Of a DNA stretch of 34,225 nucleotides, positions 1 through 8,895 are shown in pieces. Origin of the DNA: Gaiellaceae bacterium (GTDB lineage Bacteria > Actinomycetota > Thermoleophilia > Gaiellales > Gaiellaceae). The stretch covers positions 1 to 34,225 of the forward strand of contig DASQWP010000322.1 of the NCBI GenBank assembly GCA_035640195.1, given 5' to 3'. The notes under the pieces are model-generated. The model ran no database searches. It had not been told where the DNA came from and saw only the letters and a program-made list of their open reading frames with translations. Both the position numbers and the translations under genes were made by a program. The number at the start of each line of letters is the position of its first letter. Within the stretch, counting starts at the first letter, position 1.

Positions 1-399
1 CTCCCGGGAGTCGAAGGCTCTGGGTCGCCCCTCATGGTCGGAAAGCTGGCGTGCGATATCGGGCGGGACGCGCATGGCCGGGTCGATCAAGACCGCGCGT
101 TCGACGAGAGCCGGTCGGCGGGCAGCGACCTCCATCGTCAGTCGTCCGCCGAAGCTGTGGCCGATCCAGGCGGCAGCCTCGGGGAAGGTCTCGAGGAGGT
201 CGCCGACGTGCGCGGCGAACGTCCAGGGCTCTTCCCAGCCGGAGCGCCCGTGGCCGCGAAGGTCGGGGGCGAGCACGCGGTAGGCGGTGAGGCGCTCCTC
301 GGCGAGCTTGCGAAAGCGGCGCCCGTGGCCGGTGATTCCGTGCAGGCAGACGACGACGGGGGCATCCGGCTCGCCCCATTCGTGGACGTGCAGCCGCAC
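1..399 (-). CDS. alpha/beta-fold hydrolase, N-terminal 133 codons only (gene runs off the window start)
   Basis: Absent from the ORF track because it has no stop inside the window. My minus-strand translation from GTG 399-397 reads VRLHVHEWGEPDAPVVVCLHGITGHGRRF...AAWIGHSFGGRL. It shows an HG oxyanion motif and a G-H-S-F-G nucleophile elbow. The GTG overlaps the TAG of the upstream etf gene by 1 nt. Confidence 0.75.
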   Translation of the reverse strand, partial: MRLHVHEWGEPDAPVVVCLHGITGHGRRFRKLAEERLTAYRVLAPDLRGHGRSGWEEPWTFAAHVGDLLETFPEAAAWIGHSFGGRLTMEVAARRPALVERAVLIDPAMRVPPDIARQLSDHEGRPRAFDSRE

Positions 400-2207
400 T
401 AGACGTTGTTCTCGAGGGCGTCCACGAGCGGCGGCAGGGTCTCTCGCCAGTCGCCCACGAGGCCGATGTCGGCGCCCTTGAAGATGGGCGCTCGCTCGTT
501 CGAGTTGAGGGCGACGATCACGCCCGCCTTGACGGAGCCGACGAGATGCTCGAAGGCGCCGCGGACGCCGACGGCGAGGTAGAGACGCGGCGCCACGGCC
601 CGTCCGGTGAGGCCGATCTGACGGTTCTTGGGAAGCCAGCCTGCGTCCGCCACACCTCGGCTGGCGCCGACGGCTGCGCCGAGGCGCCTCGCATGGCTCT
701 CGATCTCGGGAAGCGCCTCCGGGCCTCCGATCCCCTTCCCGGCGCAGACAACGACGGAGGCGGCGTCGAGCTCGTACCCCGCCGTGTCCGGCTCGCGGCG
801 GCGCTCGAGCAAGCGTGCGAGCGGCTCCGGGAGGCCGTCGAGGGGGAAGTCGACCCGCTCGGCCTCGGCGTTGTCGCGCGGCTCGACCGGCGCGAACATC
901 CCAGCGCGGACGGTCGCGAGCTGGGGGGTCGTGGAGCCCATGATCACCGAGACGATGTTCCCTCCGTACGCGGGCTTGTACTGGATCAGGCGTCCGGCCT
1001 TGTCGATCGCGAGGTCGACGCAGTCGCCCGTCATGCCGAGCTCGAGCTCGCCGGCGACCCGGGGGCCGTAGTCGCGGCCCATCGCGGTCGAGGGGATGAG
1101 GAGGGCGTGCGGTCGCTCGCTCTCGACGAAGGCGCGGAGAGCGGCTGCGTAGACGTCCGTGTGGTACTCGGCGTCCACAGGGAGCACCACCACGCGCTCG
1201 GCGCCGTGGCGCACCGTCTCCTCCACGCCTTCCGTTCCGAGGATCACGGCGCAGTTGCGCCCGCCGAGCTTCCCCGCCAGGTCGCGACCCTTGCCGAGGA
1301 GCTCGAGGGAGACGCGGCGGGGTCGACGCTCGACGAGCTCGACGACCGTCCAGCAGTCGTACGCCTTGCCCGGCTTCTCGCCGAGGCGCGGGGGCTTCTC
1401 CCAGGGAGAGGTCGGCGGCCCGCCGGCCTCGGCCAGGAGCGCCAGGACGCGCTCGGCGGCGGCCGCGGGAGTTGAGGCGACCTCGCCACGGCGCTCGGGC
1501 GTGACGTCCTTGACCGCGAGCACGCGGGTGGGCGAGCCCGTCTGACCGAAACGCGTGTCGTACTCGGCGACCTCGTCGACGAGGTCGGTTGCTTGCCAGA
1601 CCGCGATCCGCCCGGCGGTGGAGATCGCCTGGACGTCGCGCTTCGCGGGCCAGATCCCCTCGTTGACGGCCTCGGTGAGGGAGAGAAGCGCGGGCAACTC
1701 GAGCTCGTAGGTGTCGTAGCCCTCGTCTGTCTCCCGGCGGGCGCGTAGGCGGTCGCCTACGAGCTCGATCCGGTCCACGTTGGTGACCTGCGGCCAGCCC
1801 AGCCGGGCGGCGACCTCGGGCGGCACCTGCCACGTCTCCGAGTCGACGGTCTTGCGGCCGCAGAGGACGAGGTCGGCGCCCTCCTTCTCCAGAGCCATCG
1901 CGAGGGTTCGCGAGGTGCCGATCGTGTCGGCGACCGCGAACACGCGATCGCAGAGATGGATCGCTCGATCGGCGCCCATGGCAAGCGTCATGGCGAGGGC
2001 GTCCTCGGCCTGGGGCGGGCCCATCGTCATCGTGACGACCTCGCCCCCATGGGCCTCGCGCAGGCGAATCGCCTCGGTGACGGCGAAGACGTCGAATTCG
2101 TTCAGCTCGAGGGGGACGCCTTCGCGCACGAGCCGCCTCGTCTCCGGGTCGAGCTTCACGTGCGCCGGGTTCGGGACCTGCTTGACGAGGCAGACGATCT
2201 TCGGCAT
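399..2207 (-). CDS. fused electron transfer flavoprotein, EtfB-like N-half plus EtfA-like C-half (602 aa)
   Basis: Track ORF 399..2369. I place the start at ATG 2207-2205 (MPKIVCLVKQVPNP), 10 nt after the rarA stop. The EtfB-like part contains ADTIGTSRTLA. A Pro/Lys-rich linker follows. The EtfA-like part ends in GASRGVADAGWLPKNRQIGLTGRAVAPRLYLAVGVRGAFEH. Confidence 0.9.
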   Translation of the reverse strand: MPKIVCLVKQVPNPAHVKLDPETRRLVREGVPLELNEFDVFAVTEAIRLREAHGGEVVTMTMGPPQAEDALAMTLAMGADRAIHLCDRVFAVADTIGTSRTLAMALEKEGADLVLCGRKTVDSETWQVPPEVAARLGWPQVTNVDRIELVGDRLRARRETDEGYDTYELELPALLSLTEAVNEGIWPAKRDVQAISTAGRIAVWQATDLVDEVAEYDTRFGQTGSPTRVLAVKDVTPERRGEVASTPAAAAERVLALLAEAGGPPTSPWEKPPRLGEKPGKAYDCWTVVELVERRPRRVSLELLGKGRDLAGKLGGRNCAVILGTEGVEETVRHGAERVVVLPVDAEYHTDVYAAALRAFVESERPHALLIPSTAMGRDYGPRVAGELELGMTGDCVDLAIDKAGRLIQYKPAYGGNIVSVIMGSTTPQLATVRAGMFAPVEPRDNAEAERVDFPLDGLPEPLARLLERRREPDTAGYELDAASVVVCAGKGIGGPEALPEIESHARRLGAAVGASRGVADAGWLPKNRQIGLTGRAVAPRLYLAVGVRGAFEHLVGSVKAGVIVALNSNERAPIFKGADIGLVGDWRETLPPLVDALENNV

Positions 2208-2217
2208 CGGCCCGAAT

Positions 2218-3486
2218 CTAACGATTCGGGGCCGCGTCAGGCCCGGGCTCGTCCGAGGGGTCGTAATACGTTCGCCCGCGGAGCTCCTCCGGGAGGTGGT
2301 CGACCTCGTAGCCGGCCGGGTTGTCGGGCGGATAGACGTAGCCTTCGCCGTGGCCGAGCTTCTTCGCACCGCGGTAGTGCGCGTCGCGGAGCGCCTTGGG
2401 CGGCCGGATCGCCCCGTGCTCGCGCACGTCTCGGGCCGCGGCGCCGAGCGCCGTGATGACGGCGTTCGACTTGGGCGCGCGGGCGAGATAGATCGTCGCG
2501 TGCGCGAGGTTGAGACGCGCCTCGGGGAGCCCGACGTGCTCGACTGCGTGGGCTGCCGCCACCGCCACGAGCAGCGCCTGCGAGTCGGCCATGCCGACGT
2601 CTTCGGAGGCGTGCACGATCAGGCGGCGGGCCACGTAGCGCGGGTCCTCGCCGCCTTCGAGCATCGCCGCGAGGTAGTAGAGGGCCGCGTCGGGGTCCGA
2701 GCCTCGGATCGACTTGATGAACGCCGAGGTGAAGTCGTAGTGCGCGTCGCCCCGTTTGTCGTAGACAACCGGGCGGCGGCGGGCCGCGTCTTCGACGTGC
2801 CGCTCCTCGAGATCGACCCCCTCGCTCCGCGCGGTCTGCCAGGCCAGCTCGACGATGTTCAGCGCCGCCCTCGCGTCGCCTCCTGCCCGTCGCGCGATCA
2901 GTTCGGCGAGCGGATCCGGAACGTCCGCCCCGAGCTCGTCCGCCCCGCGGCGGACGAGCTCGACCAGCTCGTCCTCCGACAATGGCTGCAGCTCGTAGAT
3001 CTGGGTGCGCGAGAGGAGCGCCGAGTTGACCTCGAAGTAGGGGTTCTCGGTCGTGGCCCCGATCAGCGTCACGAGCCCGGTCTCGACGGCCGGCAGCACG
3101 GTGTCCTGCTGGGCCTTGTTGAAGCGGTGGATCTCGTCCAGGAAGAGGATCGTGCGTTGCCCGTTCGCCCCGAGCCGGTCGCGAGCGCGCGCGATCACGC
3201 CGCGGACGTCCGCCACCGACGCCGAGACCGCTGAGAGCTCTTCGAAGATCGCTCCCGTCGCCGCCGCCACGATGCGGGCGAGCGTCGTCTTGCCGCTTCC
3301 CGGAGGCCCGTAGAAGACCGCCGAGCCGACGCGGTCTTCCGCGATCGCCCTCGCGAGCGCCGAGCCGGGGCCCACGACTCCGGCCTGGCCGACGAAGTCC
3401 TCGAGCCGTGCCGGGCGCAGCCGGGCCGCCAGCGGGGCGGCCTCCTCGAGGCGCTCCTCAGCCGCATCCGAGAAGAGGTCACTCAC
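2218..3486 (-). CDS. rarA: replication-associated recombination protein A (AAA+ ATPase)
   Basis: Track ORF 2218..3738. Walker A is [14 protein letters not shown] and Walker B is [16 protein letters not shown], followed by a MgsA-type C-terminal domain. I place the start at GTG 3486-3484 (VSDLFSD), because the longer ORF would overlap the divergent gene at 3508. Confidence 0.92.
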   Translation of the reverse strand: MSDLFSDAAEERLEEAAPLAARLRPARLEDFVGQAGVVGPGSALARAIAEDRVGSAVFYGPPGSGKTTLARIVAAATGAIFEELSAVSASVADVRGVIARARDRLGANGQRTILFLDEIHRFNKAQQDTVLPAVETGLVTLIGATTENPYFEVNSALLSRTQIYELQPLSEDELVELVRRGADELGADVPDPLAELIARRAGGDARAALNIVELAWQTARSEGVDLEERHVEDAARRRPVVYDKRGDAHYDFTSAFIKSIRGSDPDAALYYLAAMLEGGEDPRYVARRLIVHASEDVGMADSQALLVAVAAAHAVEHVGLPEARLNLAHATIYLARAPKSNAVITALGAAARDVREHGAIRPPKALRDAHYRGAKKLGHGEGYVYPPDNPAGYEVDHLPEELRGRTYYDPSDEPGPDAAPNR

Positions 3487-3495
3487 CCGGCGAAG

Positions 3496-3501
3496 TATGC
3501 T
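3496..3501 (+). promoter_or_regulatory. putative -10 box TATGCT, 6 nt before the GTG of the M20 peptidase gene (leaderless-type arrangement)
   Basis: An AT-rich TANNNT hexamer sits in a very GC-rich 21-nt divergent intergenic region. There is no room for a Shine-Dalgarno site. Confidence 0.4.
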
Positions 3502-3507
3502 CGCCGC

Positions 3508-4803
3508 GTGACCGTCGCCGCACTCCGCGACGAGGCGACTGAGCTCCTCCGGGAGCTCCTGCGCCTCGACACGGTCAACCCGCCCGGGAACGAGACGCAG
3601 GCGGCCGAGCTCCTCCGCGCTTACCTCGAGGATGCCGGCGTTGCGGTCGAGCTCTACGCCAGGGTCCCGGAGCGGGCGAACCTCGTCGCCCGCATTCTCG
3701 GTCGCGGCGAAGGGCCGAGCCTCCTGCTCCTCTCGCACACGGACACCGTCCTCGCCGATCCCGCCGAGTGGTCGCTCGACCCCTGGTCGGGCGAGCTCCG
3801 GGACGGCCAGGTCTGGGGCCGGGGCGCGCTCGACATGAAGGGTCAGGTCGCCGCGAGCGCCGTCGCCATGGCGACGCTGGCGCGGGAAGGGTTCAGCCCC
3901 TCAGGGGACATCGTCTTCGCCGCCTGCGCGGACGAGGAGGTGGGCGCGGACTTCGGCCTCTCGTGGCTGTGCAGGGAGCACCCGGACGCCGTGCGGACGG
4001 ACTTCTGCATCAACGAAGGCGGCGGCGACCGCGTCGTCGTGGACGGCCGGCCGCTCTACCTGTGCGCGAGCGCCGAGAAGATGAGCTCCCCCTTCCTGCT
4101 GCGCGTCCGCGGGCGGAGCGGCGACGCTTCCATGCCCGGGATCGCCGACAACGCGCTCGTGCGGGCGGCACGGCTGGTGGAGCGCCTTGGGGAGCTCGAG
4201 GCGCCGCCGCGGTTCCTGCCCGAGACGGAGGGATTCTTCCGCTCCCTCGGCGGCGTCCCCGAGGTCTCGGCACTCGAGGAGGGGCTCGCGAACCTCGAGC
4301 CGGCCGTGCGGGCGCTCGTCGAGCCGATGCTGGCGTTCACGGTGTCGCCGACGATGATCGAGGCCTCCCGCCAGCGGAACGTCGTCCCCGGCGTGTGCGA
4401 GGTGGTCTGCGACTGCCGCCTGCTCCCTGGGCAGACGCAGGCGGAGGTGGAGCGGCTCGTTCGAGAGTGGCTCGGCGAGGACTCGTACGAGCTCGAGTGG
4501 ATCGAGGGGGTGGGCGGCACGCGCTCGCCCGTCGCGACGCCGCTCTGGGAGGCCGTCGAGAGCTTCGTCCGTGCCGAGGAGCCCGGCGCCGCTCTGGCTC
4601 CGATCGTCCTCCCCGGCTTCACCGACAGCCACTGGGTGCGGGAGGCCTTCGGCACCGTCGCCTACGGGTTCTTCCCCATGCGCGCGATGGACGTCGAGCT
4701 TGCCGCCCGCCTCGTCCATTCGGCCGACGAGCGGATCCCCGTCGACGACCTGGAGCTCGGCACGCGGTTCCTTCTCCACGTCGCCCGTAGACTGGCAGCG
4801 TGA
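3508..4803 (+). CDS. M20 family metallopeptidase (ArgE/DapE/CPG2-like)
   Basis: Metal-ligand motifs are present in order: LSHTDTV, GRGALDMKG, ADEEVG, INEGGG, FTDSHW. GTG start at 3508. Confidence 0.85.
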   Translation: MTVAALRDEATELLRELLRLDTVNPPGNETQAAELLRAYLEDAGVAVELYARVPERANLVARILGRGEGPSLLLLSHTDTVLADPAEWSLDPWSGELRDGQVWGRGALDMKGQVAASAVAMATLAREGFSPSGDIVFAACADEEVGADFGLSWLCREHPDAVRTDFCINEGGGDRVVVDGRPLYLCASAEKMSSPFLLRVRGRSGDASMPGIADNALVRAARLVERLGELEAPPRFLPETEGFFRSLGGVPEVSALEEGLANLEPAVRALVEPMLAFTVSPTMIEASRQRNVVPGVCEVVCDCRLLPGQTQAEVERLVREWLGEDSYELEWIEGVGGTRSPVATPLWEAVESFVRAEEPGAALAPIVLPGFTDSHWVREAFGTVAYGFFPMRAMDVELAARLVHSADERIPVDDLELGTRFLLHVARRLAA

Positions 4804-5621
4804 CCGTCAGCGCCGACAAGATCCGGCTCGGAGGGATGGCGCTCGCCAACGGCGTGCTCGTGCACGGGCCTCGCCACTGGGCCTGCGCCGTGCGCACGGA
4901 AGACGGCGGGCTGCTGGTCGCCTCGGGCGAGAAGCCGCTCCAGGCCGCGCGCTTCGAGAACCGGCTCGTGCAGGCGCCCCTGCGGATCGCCGAGATCTTC
5001 GCGCTCCTGCCGGCCGTGCGGCGCGCGCTGCCCGAGGCGAAGCTGCCGTTCGAGCGCCCCGGCGTCTTCGGCGCGATGGCCGGAAGCGTCGTCGCGGTGC
5101 AGGCCTTGCGCGCCAGCCGCCTCGGCCCGCTCACACGGGAGGCGCTCGCCGCGCTCGTCTCGCTCGGCCCGGCGGCGGTGGCTCTTCGCGGCTCTGCGCT
5201 CGCCGAGTACCACGGCGCCGAGCACATCTCCATCGGCAGCTACGAGCACGGAGAGGCTCGCGAGCGGGAGCACGAACGCTGCGGCTCCCACATGATCGGG
5301 CCCCTCCTCGTCACGACCACGGCGGGAAGCGCGCTCGCCTCGCGCGCCCCCGCACACCTGCGCCCGGCCGCCCGCCTGGCAGCCGGCGTGGGAGCGCTCG
5401 CGGCCGCGGTGGAGGTCTTCTCCTGGATGGTCGCCAACCAGAAGCATCCGCTCGCGCGCGCCCTCGCCCGGCCCGGGCACGAGCTCCAGCACCGCCTGGT
5501 CACGGCGGAGCCCTCGCCGGAGCAGCTCGAGGTGGCGAATGCGGCTCTCACTGAGTGCCTCCGCCTAGAATCGGGCCAGGATGGCCGTCCGGACGAGCCC
5601 GCGGAAGCGCCTCCCACCTGA
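4800..5621 (+). CDS. DUF1385 (YqhQ-like) family protein
   Basis: N-terminus reads IRLGGMALANGVLVHG, and the central motif is AEYHGAEHISIGSYEHGE...RCGSH. Its GTG overlaps the M20 stop (GTGA). Confidence 0.7.
   Translation: MTVSADKIRLGGMALANGVLVHGPRHWACAVRTEDGGLLVASGEKPLQAARFENRLVQAPLRIAEIFALLPAVRRALPEAKLPFERPGVFGAMAGSVVAVQALRASRLGPLTREALAALVSLGPAAVALRGSALAEYHGAEHISIGSYEHGEAREREHERCGSHMIGPLLVTTTAGSALASRAPAHLRPAARLAAGVGALAAAVEVFSWMVANQKHPLARALARPGHELQHRLVTAEPSPEQLEVANAALTECLRLESGQDGRPDEPAEAPPT
5566..5571 (+). promoter_or_regulatory. putative -10 box TAGAAT, 9 nt before the ATG at 5581
   Basis: A consensus-like TANNNT hexamer lies inside the 3' end of the DUF1385 gene. No Shine-Dalgarno site at normal spacing. 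Confidence 0.35.
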
Positions 5622-6666
5622 GATCTTCGACCTCCCGATCGAGAAGATGCGGGAGGGGTACTACACCGACGCCTATTTCAACCACGCGCGGGACACGCTG
5701 CTCGTGGACGGCCGGGCGCCGCGCGTGGTCATGCAGGTGTTCCAGAAGCAGGACGCCTACTTGGGAGGGATGGACGAAGCGCTCGCGATCCTCAAGCTGT
5801 GCTCGCACGACTGGGATGCTCTCACCGTCCACGCGCTCTTCGACGGCGATCGCGTCGCTCCCTCCGAGACCGTCATGACGATCGAGGGCGACTACACGCT
5901 CTTCGCGCACCTGGAGACGCTCTATCTCGGCACGCTCGCCCGCCGCACGCTCGTCACCACGAACGTCGTGCGGGTGCTCGAGGCCGCCAACCGGAAGCAG
6001 GTGATCTTCATGGCCGCCCGCCACGATCACCATCGCATTCAGACCGGAGACGGCTACGCCGCCTACGTGGCGGGGCAGGTTGTCGGGTCGCCGGTCGGCG
6101 TCACGACCGACGAGCAGGCCTCCTGGTGGGGAGGGAAGGGCGTCGGCACGGTTCCCCACGCGCTCATCAGCGCCTACGGCGGCAACACGGTCCTCGCCGC
6201 GACGAAGTTCGCGGAGTGGGCGCCGCCCGACCTCAACGTCACCGTCCTCGTCGACTTCGAGAACGACTCGGTGCGCACGGCGCTCGAGGTGGCGCGTGCG
6301 CTGGGAGACAAGCTCTGGGGCGTTCGGCTGGACACCTCCGAGGCGCTCGTCGACCGCTCGCTCTGGGGCGAGCTGGGCGACTTCAAGCCCACCGGCGTGA
6401 ACGAGCGCCTGGTGTGGAAGGTGCGCGATGCACTCGACCAGAACGGCTTCGAGCGGGTGAAGATCGTGGCCTCGGGCGGCTTCACGGTGGAGAAGATCCG
6501 TGCGTTCGAGGAGCGCGGCGTCCCGGTGGACGCCTACGGCGTCGGCTCCTCGCTCATCCGGGGCGCGAACGACTTCACCGCAGACATCGTCCTGACTGAC
6601 GGCCTTCCGTCGGCCAAGGCCGGCCGCGGGTACCGGCCGAGCGAGCGCCTGCAGCTGGTCCTTTAG
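5581..6666 (+). CDS. nicotinate phosphoribosyltransferase-like protein (type II PRTase fold, archaeal-type NAPRTase)
   Basis: The N-terminus GYYTDAYFNHARDTL and the C-terminal KIVASGGF...GVPVDAYGVGSSL are typical of NAPRTase/QAPRTase barrels. It overlaps the upstream gene by 41 nt. Confidence 0.7.
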   Translation: MAVRTSPRKRLPPEIFDLPIEKMREGYYTDAYFNHARDTLLVDGRAPRVVMQVFQKQDAYLGGMDEALAILKLCSHDWDALTVHALFDGDRVAPSETVMTIEGDYTLFAHLETLYLGTLARRTLVTTNVVRVLEAANRKQVIFMAARHDHHRIQTGDGYAAYVAGQVVGSPVGVTTDEQASWWGGKGVGTVPHALISAYGGNTVLAATKFAEWAPPDLNVTVLVDFENDSVRTALEVARALGDKLWGVRLDTSEALVDRSLWGELGDFKPTGVNERLVWKVRDALDQNGFERVKIVASGGFTVEKIRAFEERGVPVDAYGVGSSLIRGANDFTADIVLTDGLPSAKAGRGYRPSERLQLVL

Positions 6667-6698
6667 GTCCGTCCGCCCCCGGCCGATGAAGCGTCGGG

Positions 6699-8225
6699 GT
6701 GGACGCGTTCTTCGACTTCCTCGGCGACCTGCCGCAGCTGGCGCTCACGTGGTTGCCCCTGGTCTTCCTCGGCCTGCTCGTCTATCTGATCTGGCGCACG
6801 CTCGCGTTCATGCCGCGCGTGAAGCCGACCGAGGTGGAGCCGTCCTCGAAGTCCTCGGTCAGCTGGGAAGACGTGGCGGGCGTCGACGAGGCGGCTGCGG
6901 AGCTCCAGGAGGTCGTCGACTTCCTCTCGAGCCCGCGCCGCTTCTCGAAGCTCGGCGCGCGCGTGCCCAAGGGAATCCTTCTCTACGGGCCTCCGGGAAC
7001 GGGCAAGACGCTTCTGGCCAAGGCCGTCGCGCACGCCTCCGGCTCGACGTTCTACTCGCAGAGCGCCTCCGCCTTCGTCGAGATGTTCGCGGGCCTGGGC
7101 GCCGCGCGGATCCGCAAGCTCTTCGCGAAGGCGCGCAAGAACGCGCCCGCGATCGTCTTCATCGACGAGCTTGACGCCGTCGGCACGCGCCGCACGGGCT
7201 CTGGCTTCAACCGCGAGCATGACCAGACCCTGAACCAGCTCCTCGTCGAGCTCGACGGCTTTGGGCAGCGCGAGCAGATCGTCATCATCGCCGCCTCGAA
7301 CCGGCTCGAGGACCTCGACCCGGCTCTCCTGCGCCCGGGCCGCTTCGATCGCCAGATCCTCGTCTCCCCGCCCGACCTCGCAGGCCGGGAGGCGATTCTC
7401 GAGGTCCACACCCGCGGGAAGCCGCTCGCGGCCGACGTGGACCTGAACGGCATCGCTCGCCAGACCTCCGGTCTCACGGGCGCCGACCTGGCCAACATCT
7501 GCAACGAGGCGGCCATCTTCGCCGGGCGCGCCGAGCAGAGCGAGATCACGCAGGCCGACTTCGACGCGGCTCTCGAGCGCGTCGTGGCGGGACTCCAGCA
7601 GCGCCGAGTCGTCACCGAGAAGGAGAAGCGCATCCTCGCCTACCACGAAGGTGGGCACGCGCTCATGTCCCACCTCGTCGGGAATCCCCAGCCGGTGCAG
7701 AAGGTGACGATCGTCTCGCGCGGCCGCGCGCTCGGCTACACGCTGAACACGCCGCAGGAGGATCGCTACCTCCACACGAAGGAGGAGCTCCTCGACCTCA
7801 TGAAGGTCTACCTCGCCGGGCGGGCTGCCGAGCAGATCGTCTTCGGCGCGGTCACCAACGGCGCCGCGAACGACCTCGAGCGCGTCACGGACCTCGCGCG
7901 CTCGATGGTGTTCGAGTTCGGTATGGGCGAGGAGGTGTCCTCGCGCACGATGCGGGCGGACAACTACGCGCTCTCCGAGCATACGAAGCAGCTCCGCGAC
8001 GGCGAGCAGGCGCGGCTCTGCGACCAGGCATTCGAGGAGGCGCTCCGGCTCCTGTCCAAGCATCGCCGCTCGCTCGACATGGTCGCCGCGGCGCTTCTCG
8101 AGAAGGAGACCCTCCTTCGCAACGAGCTGGAGGAGCTTCTCGTCGACGTCCCCTCGGAGTCGAACGCCTCCGAGCGGGTCGGCACGCCGCAGGCCGTCTG
8201 GGCCACCGAGCACTCCAGCTCCTGA
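6699..8225 (+). CDS. ftsH: FtsH-like ATP-dependent zinc metalloprotease, short form with one N-terminal TM helix and no periplasmic domain
   Basis: Walker A GPPGTGKT, pore loop FVEMFAGLG, Walker B IVFIDELDAV, SRH PALLRPGRFDRQI, and M41 zinc site HEGGHAL. The only hydrophobic segment is LTWLPLVFLGLLVYLIWRTLAF. Confidence 0.9.
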   Translation: MDAFFDFLGDLPQLALTWLPLVFLGLLVYLIWRTLAFMPRVKPTEVEPSSKSSVSWEDVAGVDEAAAELQEVVDFLSSPRRFSKLGARVPKGILLYGPPGTGKTLLAKAVAHASGSTFYSQSASAFVEMFAGLGAARIRKLFAKARKNAPAIVFIDELDAVGTRRTGSGFNREHDQTLNQLLVELDGFGQREQIVIIAASNRLEDLDPALLRPGRFDRQILVSPPDLAGREAILEVHTRGKPLAADVDLNGIARQTSGLTGADLANICNEAAIFAGRAEQSEITQADFDAALERVVAGLQQRRVVTEKEKRILAYHEGGHALMSHLVGNPQPVQKVTIVSRGRALGYTLNTPQEDRYLHTKEELLDLMKVYLAGRAAEQIVFGAVTNGAANDLERVTDLARSMVFEFGMGEEVSSRTMRADNYALSEHTKQLRDGEQARLCDQAFEEALRLLSKHRRSLDMVAAALLEKETLLRNELEELLVDVPSESNASERVGTPQAVWATEHSSS

Positions 8226-8234
8226 GCGAGCCGC

Positions 8235-8240
8235 TAGGAT
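8235..8240 (+). promoter_or_regulatory. putative -10 box TAGGAT, 7 nt before the GTG at 8248
   Basis: A TANNNT hexamer in the 22-nt gap between ftsH and the epimerase gene. Confidence 0.4.
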
Positions 8241-8247
8241 CGGCCGC

Positions 8248-8649
8248 GTGAACGTCCGCGCGGTCCACCACGTCGCCTTCGCGGTCGAGGATCTCGACGA
8301 GGCGGTCGAGACGTACCGCTCGCTGTTCGGCGCCGAGGTCGAGCTCCGCGACCGCCTGGACGACCAGGGCGTCGAGGCCGCCTACCTCCGGCTCGGGAGC
8401 GGGCGGGTCGAGCTCGTCTCGGCCCTCGGCGACGACACCCCGGTGGGTCGCTTCCTCGCCAAGCGGGGTCCCGGCATGCACCACGTCGGCTACGCGGTCG
8501 AGGACGTGGGCGTCGCGGTCCGAGAGCTCGAGGCCCAGGGCGTGAACGTCATCGACTCCGCGCCGCGCCACGGTCTCGGCGGCCACGAGGTTTCCTTCGT
8601 CCATCCGGACTCTCTCCACGGGGTCCTCGCTGAGGTGATCGGTGCCTGA
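8248..8649 (+). CDS. mce: methylmalonyl-CoA epimerase (VOC/glyoxalase fold)
   Basis: 133 aa. Contains VHHVAFAV, ELV, GMHHVGYAV and VSFVHP, which is the typical epimerase metal-ligand pattern. Confidence 0.8.
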   Translation: MNVRAVHHVAFAVEDLDEAVETYRSLFGAEVELRDRLDDQGVEAAYLRLGSGRVELVSALGDDTPVGRFLAKRGPGMHHVGYAVEDVGVAVRELEAQGVNVIDSAPRHGLGGHEVSFVHPDSLHGVLAEVIGA

Positions 8650-8878
8650 GTCCAAGCCGCAGAACGACCGCGTCCGCCTGCAGATCGCCTTCGAGGGCGG
8701 GCAGATCGTCGCTGCGCTCGTCGCGCCCACCGCGGCGGACGGGCTTGCGGCCGCACTCGGGAAGGAGGAGGCGGTCTTCGACCTCGAGACGGAGGACGGG
8801 ACCTACCAGCTCGCGCTCGGCAAGGTCGTGTTCGTCAAGCGGTCGTCCCGCGAGACGCACATCGGCTTCGGCTCCTAG
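8642..8878 (+). CDS. small conserved protein, DUF3107-like (78 aa)
   Basis: The pattern RLQIAFEGGQ...LETEDGTYQLALGKVVFVKR...HIGFGS resembles actinobacterial DUF3107 (TB9.4-type) proteins. Its GTG overlaps the mce stop by 8 nt. Confidence 0.5.
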   Translation: MPESKPQNDRVRLQIAFEGGQIVAALVAPTAADGLAAALGKEEAVFDLETEDGTYQLALGKVVFVKRSSRETHIGFGS

Positions 8879-8895
8879 AGCGCGTCCGCCCGCGC

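Noticed and set aside
1-40. The window start (…gggagtcgaaggctctgggtcgcccctca…) shares GCCTTCG/TCGAAGG and CTCTGGGTCG strings with the repeat region at 28279-28351.
   Set aside because: It lies inside the alpha/beta hydrolase coding frame, and the TGA-like triplet is out of frame. The matches are short and reordered. In GC-rich DNA this is most likely chance.
6663-8213. A 516-aa ORF runs antisense to ftsH. Similar long antisense ORFs occur at 1780..3234, 27094..28239 and 31730..33601.
   Set aside because: These are shadow ORFs opposite well-supported genes. They have no recognisable motifs and show biased Arg/Glu/Asp/Leu composition.
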